A DNA stretch of 64,000 bases from Blastocatellia bacterium (GTDB taxonomy: Bacteria > Acidobacteriota > Blastocatellia > UBA7656), in assembly GCA_963765495.1 (NCBI GenBank), contig CAVXWP010000007.1, forward strand, positions 128,001-192,000. Reading direction: 5' to 3'. Within the stretch, counting starts at the first letter, position 1, and every line of letters begins with the position of its first letter. Below, in pieces: positions 61,396 to 64,000 of the stretch. The notes below the pieces were generated by a model, which saw only the letters and a program-made list of their open reading frames with translations, made no database searches and was not told the origin of the DNA. Position numbers and translations under genes: made by a program.

Positions 61396-61603
61396 ACCGA
61401 AACGCCGCAACGAAAATCCGCCGCATCCGTGTCATCCGTGGGCTGTTTCTTCATACCCCATTTTGAAAATCCTGGCCGATTTGTCTGTGCCGATCCCGTA
61501 CGCTTTGATTTAGAAGGGGCAACACACCAGACGATGCGAGACATCTCAGGGCTGTACCCAGACGAGCCTGTATAAAGGGTATCGAGAAAGAAGAGGAAGC
61601 ATC

Positions 61604-62413
61604 ATGAAGAGAAACCTTATCAATTCTTTTATAGCACTGGCGATGCTGGTCGCGGCCGGGTCGCCGCTTTCACAGTCAACGGCTCTAGCGCAGACAAAAC
61701 GGTCTACGAGCCGCAAACCCGTATTACATCGGAAGGCGGCCCCGGCAAAGACTCGCGCGGTGCAACATGCCAAAGTTGACCCTTCGCCCGCCCGTGGCGG
61801 GATCAATGCCGAGGTAATCGGGCCGGTCTTTGTTACCTACACCTTGCCGCAAAACGAATATTTCAGACTGAGAATGAACCAGAATATCAGTTCCGCCACG
61901 GCTCGAACGGGCGACCGTTTCAAGGCGACCGTGACCATCCCTGTTTACGCAAGCGGAGTTGAGGTAGTACCGGCAGGCTCTATAGTCGAAGGGCGCGTAA
62001 CATCGGTCCAGCCCGCTCGCACGCGTGGCCGCGAAGGGCAGATAGCCGTGGCGTTTGACGCTCTCACACTCCCCGATGGGACGAGGCGCAGCATCGAAGG
62101 CGAGTTGACCGAGTTACAGGATAAGAACGCGGGCGAGGTCGAAGGCGAAAACGAGGTGAGCGGGCGTTCGTCCGATACGCGCAAGATCGTCTACATAGGC
62201 GGCGGCGGCGCGGGCGGCGCAATTCTGGGCGGCGCAATAGGAGGCGCGAAGGGCGCAGCCATAGGCGCGATCCTCGGTGCAGGTGCGGGTGTTGCGGGGA
62301 CGATTTTGACAAAGGGCAACGAGGCCGAGCTTAGAAGCGGCACAGAAATCGGAATGACGACTACGAAAACCATAGTCTTTTCCGTCCGCTCGGATCGCTT
62401 CGACCGGCGATGA
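61604..62413 (+). CDS. Secreted hypothetical protein with TrbI/VirB10-like beta domain and glycine zipper
   Basis: Signal peptide; VPAGSIVEGRV; GGAILGGAIGGAKGAAIGA. Confidence 0.75.
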   Translation: MKRNLINSFIALAMLVAAGSPLSQSTALAQTKRSTSRKPVLHRKAAPAKTRAVQHAKVDPSPARGGINAEVIGPVFVTYTLPQNEYFRLRMNQNISSATARTGDRFKATVTIPVYASGVEVVPAGSIVEGRVTSVQPARTRGREGQIAVAFDALTLPDGTRRSIEGELTELQDKNAGEVEGENEVSGRSSDTRKIVYIGGGGAGGAILGGAIGGAKGAAIGAILGAGAGVAGTILTKGNEAELRSGTEIGMTTTKTIVFSVRSDRFDRR

Positions 62414-62446
62414 AATACCGGCAGTGATTTGCAAGAAAACCCGTTT

Positions 62447-62489
62447 TTTAGACAGGATTGACAGGATTATCCCGTTGATCCTGTCTAAA
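62447..62489. repeat. Inverted GACAGGATT-nonamer element, second copy
   Basis: tttagacaggattgacaggat / atcccgttgatcctgtctaaa. Confidence 0.75.
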
Positions 62490-62580
62490 TCTTTTCATGG
62501 ATCAGGCATCACTAAATACCTGAAAAAATTCTTTCCAGAGGGGCAACGTAAACGGGGGGGGCAATGTATCTAACCTAAGA

Positions 62581-62650
62581 ACAGCGACCCGATAGTTAAT
62601 AACGCTGGTAGAATCATCCTTTCGAGGCAGTCCGACACTCGGGTCGCTGT
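62581..62650. ncRNA. Possible structured small RNA or terminator
   Basis: ACAGCGACCCGA / TCGGGTCGCTGT 12-bp closing stem with inner CCT-TTCG-AGG hairpin. Confidence 0.35.
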
Positions 62651-62652
62651 CT

Positions 62653-63285
62653 CTATATCTCCCTCAACAAGTTCAATCCTCCGGCAATGCGGGTGCGCCT
62701 TCCTTCAATCTTAAAACCTTCACTTAACACCAGAGCGACCGCGCGAGGATAAATCGAGTGTTCCTGTTCGAGAATGCGTGCCGATAATCGCTCGACCGTA
62801 TCGTCATCGAGCACCTCTACGGCCTGCTGCATCACTATGGGGCCGTGGTCGAGTTCTTCATCAACGATGTGGACGGTGCAACCCGTGATCTTGACCCCGT
62901 GTTCCAGCGCCTGGCGCTGCGCATCGAGGCCGGGAAAGGCCGGAAGCAGCGAAGGGTGAATGTTTAGAATACGACCATCGAACTCGCGGATCATCGCCCC
63001 GCTCACAAGCCTCATATATCCGGCAAGGCAGACGAGAGTGACGCCGCGCCGCTTCAATTCTGTGACCATCAACTGGTCGTGCTCCTGACGCGTATGCCCT
63101 TTGTGACTGATAAAGAGCGTCTCGATCCCGCGCGCTCGGGCCTTCTTCAAACCTTCGGCGGATTCAATATTGCTTATGACGAGGGCTATCTCCGCGTCGA
63201 GCCGTCCGGCTGCTGCGGCCCCAATCAACGCCAGCATGTTCGATCCCCGCCCAGAGATCAATATCCCGATTTTTTGCTTGTTCAT
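62653..63285 (-). CDS. purN: Phosphoribosylglycinamide formyltransferase
   Basis: ISGRGSNM, LAGYMRL, NIHPSLLPAFPG, GCTVH.V..LDHGPI. Confidence 0.96.
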   Translation of the reverse strand: MNKQKIGILISGRGSNMLALIGAAAAGRLDAEIALVISNIESAEGLKKARARGIETLFISHKGHTRQEHDQLMVTELKRRGVTLVCLAGYMRLVSGAMIREFDGRILNIHPSLLPAFPGLDAQRQALEHGVKITGCTVHIVDEELDHGPIVMQQAVEVLDDDTVERLSARILEQEHSIYPRAVALVLSEGFKIEGRRTRIAGGLNLLREI

Positions 63286-63330
63286 ACGGCGCGGAAAATA
63301 CCTCATTGCCGACATGTCGCGCAAGCCCTC

Positions 63331-63447
63331 TGAGGGATGAGGGATGAAAAGGACTGTCGGGGAACTCTTCGGTAATTGGTTAAATCAATTAATCGGAATT
63401 TACCCTTGGATTCTTTTTCATCCCTCATCCCTCATCCCTCATCCCTC
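63331..63447. repeat. Inverted GATGAGG-heptamer element between divergent purN and nrdD
   Basis: tgagggatgagggatgaaaa / ttttcatccctcatccctcatccctcatccctc. Confidence 0.85.
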
Positions 63448-63491
63448 CTATGTTGCTTCCGGCCCCTAAAACAAGTATCTTTATCTCCGCG

Positions 63492-64000
63492 ATGGAGTCC
63501 GACCAGATTTTCCCAGATGACAAACCTGATATCTCATCCGAGGAGATCGGTGAGCCGGAAGTGCTCGTCCGCAGTTCGGATGAAGATATAGCGATTTTCG
63601 ATTCGCAGCGTATAGTCGAAGCGCTCGTGCGCGAGGCCAACATAGATGCCGATCTGGCCGCGCAGATCGGGCTCGAAGTGCGCGAGTTTATTCAAAAGCT
63701 CGGATTCCGCACCCTCAGTTCTTCGCTCATACGCGGGCTGGTAGACGCAAAGCTCCTTGAGCTTGGTCTTGAGGACGCGCACAGGTCGCACACCCGGCTG
63801 GGCGTTCCCTTTTATGATGTAGATCGCATAATTCACAATTCGTTTCGCGAATCGATCTCGCAGTCCTACGGGCCGGAGGGCACTAGCCTGATGCTGGCCG
63901 AGTCCATCAAACGCGAGTACGCCATCTTAAGCGTCTTCTCCGAACAGATTGCAAACGCTCACCTTGTAGGCGACATACACATACACGGTATTGGGGCCGT
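63492..64000 (+). CDS. nrdD: Anaerobic ribonucleoside-triphosphate reductase-like protein, N-terminal part (ATP cone); runs off the window
   Basis: Hand translation: LVRSSDEDIAIFDSQRIVEALVRE..LIRGLVDAKLLELG..RLGVPFYDV..IKREYA..AHLVGDIHIH; absent from the ORF track because no stop falls in the window. Confidence 0.8.
   Translation, partial: MESDQIFPDDKPDISSEEIGEPEVLVRSSDEDIAIFDSQRIVEALVREANIDADLAAQIGLEVREFIQKLGFRTLSSSLIRGLVDAKLLELGLEDAHRSHTRLGVPFYDVDRIIHNSFRESISQSYGPEGTSLMLAESIKREYAILSVFSEQIANAHLVGDIHIHGIGA

Overview
GC-rich bacterial chromosome window, most likely Acidobacteriota (inferred from the ADOP-permease/PadR pair, an Oar-like TonB-dependent receptor and a eukaryote-like kinase). Housekeeping and common genes include larE, a GH29 fucosidase, tRNA-Glu, tRNA-Lys, tonB, a hydantoinase B-like gene, yggS-yggT-yggU, two aminotransferases, USP, HAD, pfkB-like, ompA-like, uvrC, purN and the 5' part of nrdD. 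Four accessory features stand out. (1) A 24.4-kb head-to-tail array of nine ATPase-less duplicated ABC permeases behind a PadR gene. The cores are divergent, but the 5' leaders and junctions are near-identical mosaic DNA repeats carrying an internal RBS+ATG, which suggests a recombination-built cassette array. (2) A ~6-kb island next to tRNA-Glu where an ECF sigma/zinc-finger-FecR-Kelch anti-sigma pair and a divergently placed beta-propeller/serine-hydrolase pair share an exact TTTCTTGAAATA-N16-TGTCTAAAT promoter. (3) A deletion-scarred KaiC-CII/PAS/histidine-kinase/receiver chimera. (4) At least six families of small non-coding elements built from inverted 7- or 9-nt tandem repeats, one inserted in frame in a gene and one nested in a MITE with a 10-bp target duplication. 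All calls are by eye from motifs; no searches were run. Some frameshifts may be sequencing errors.
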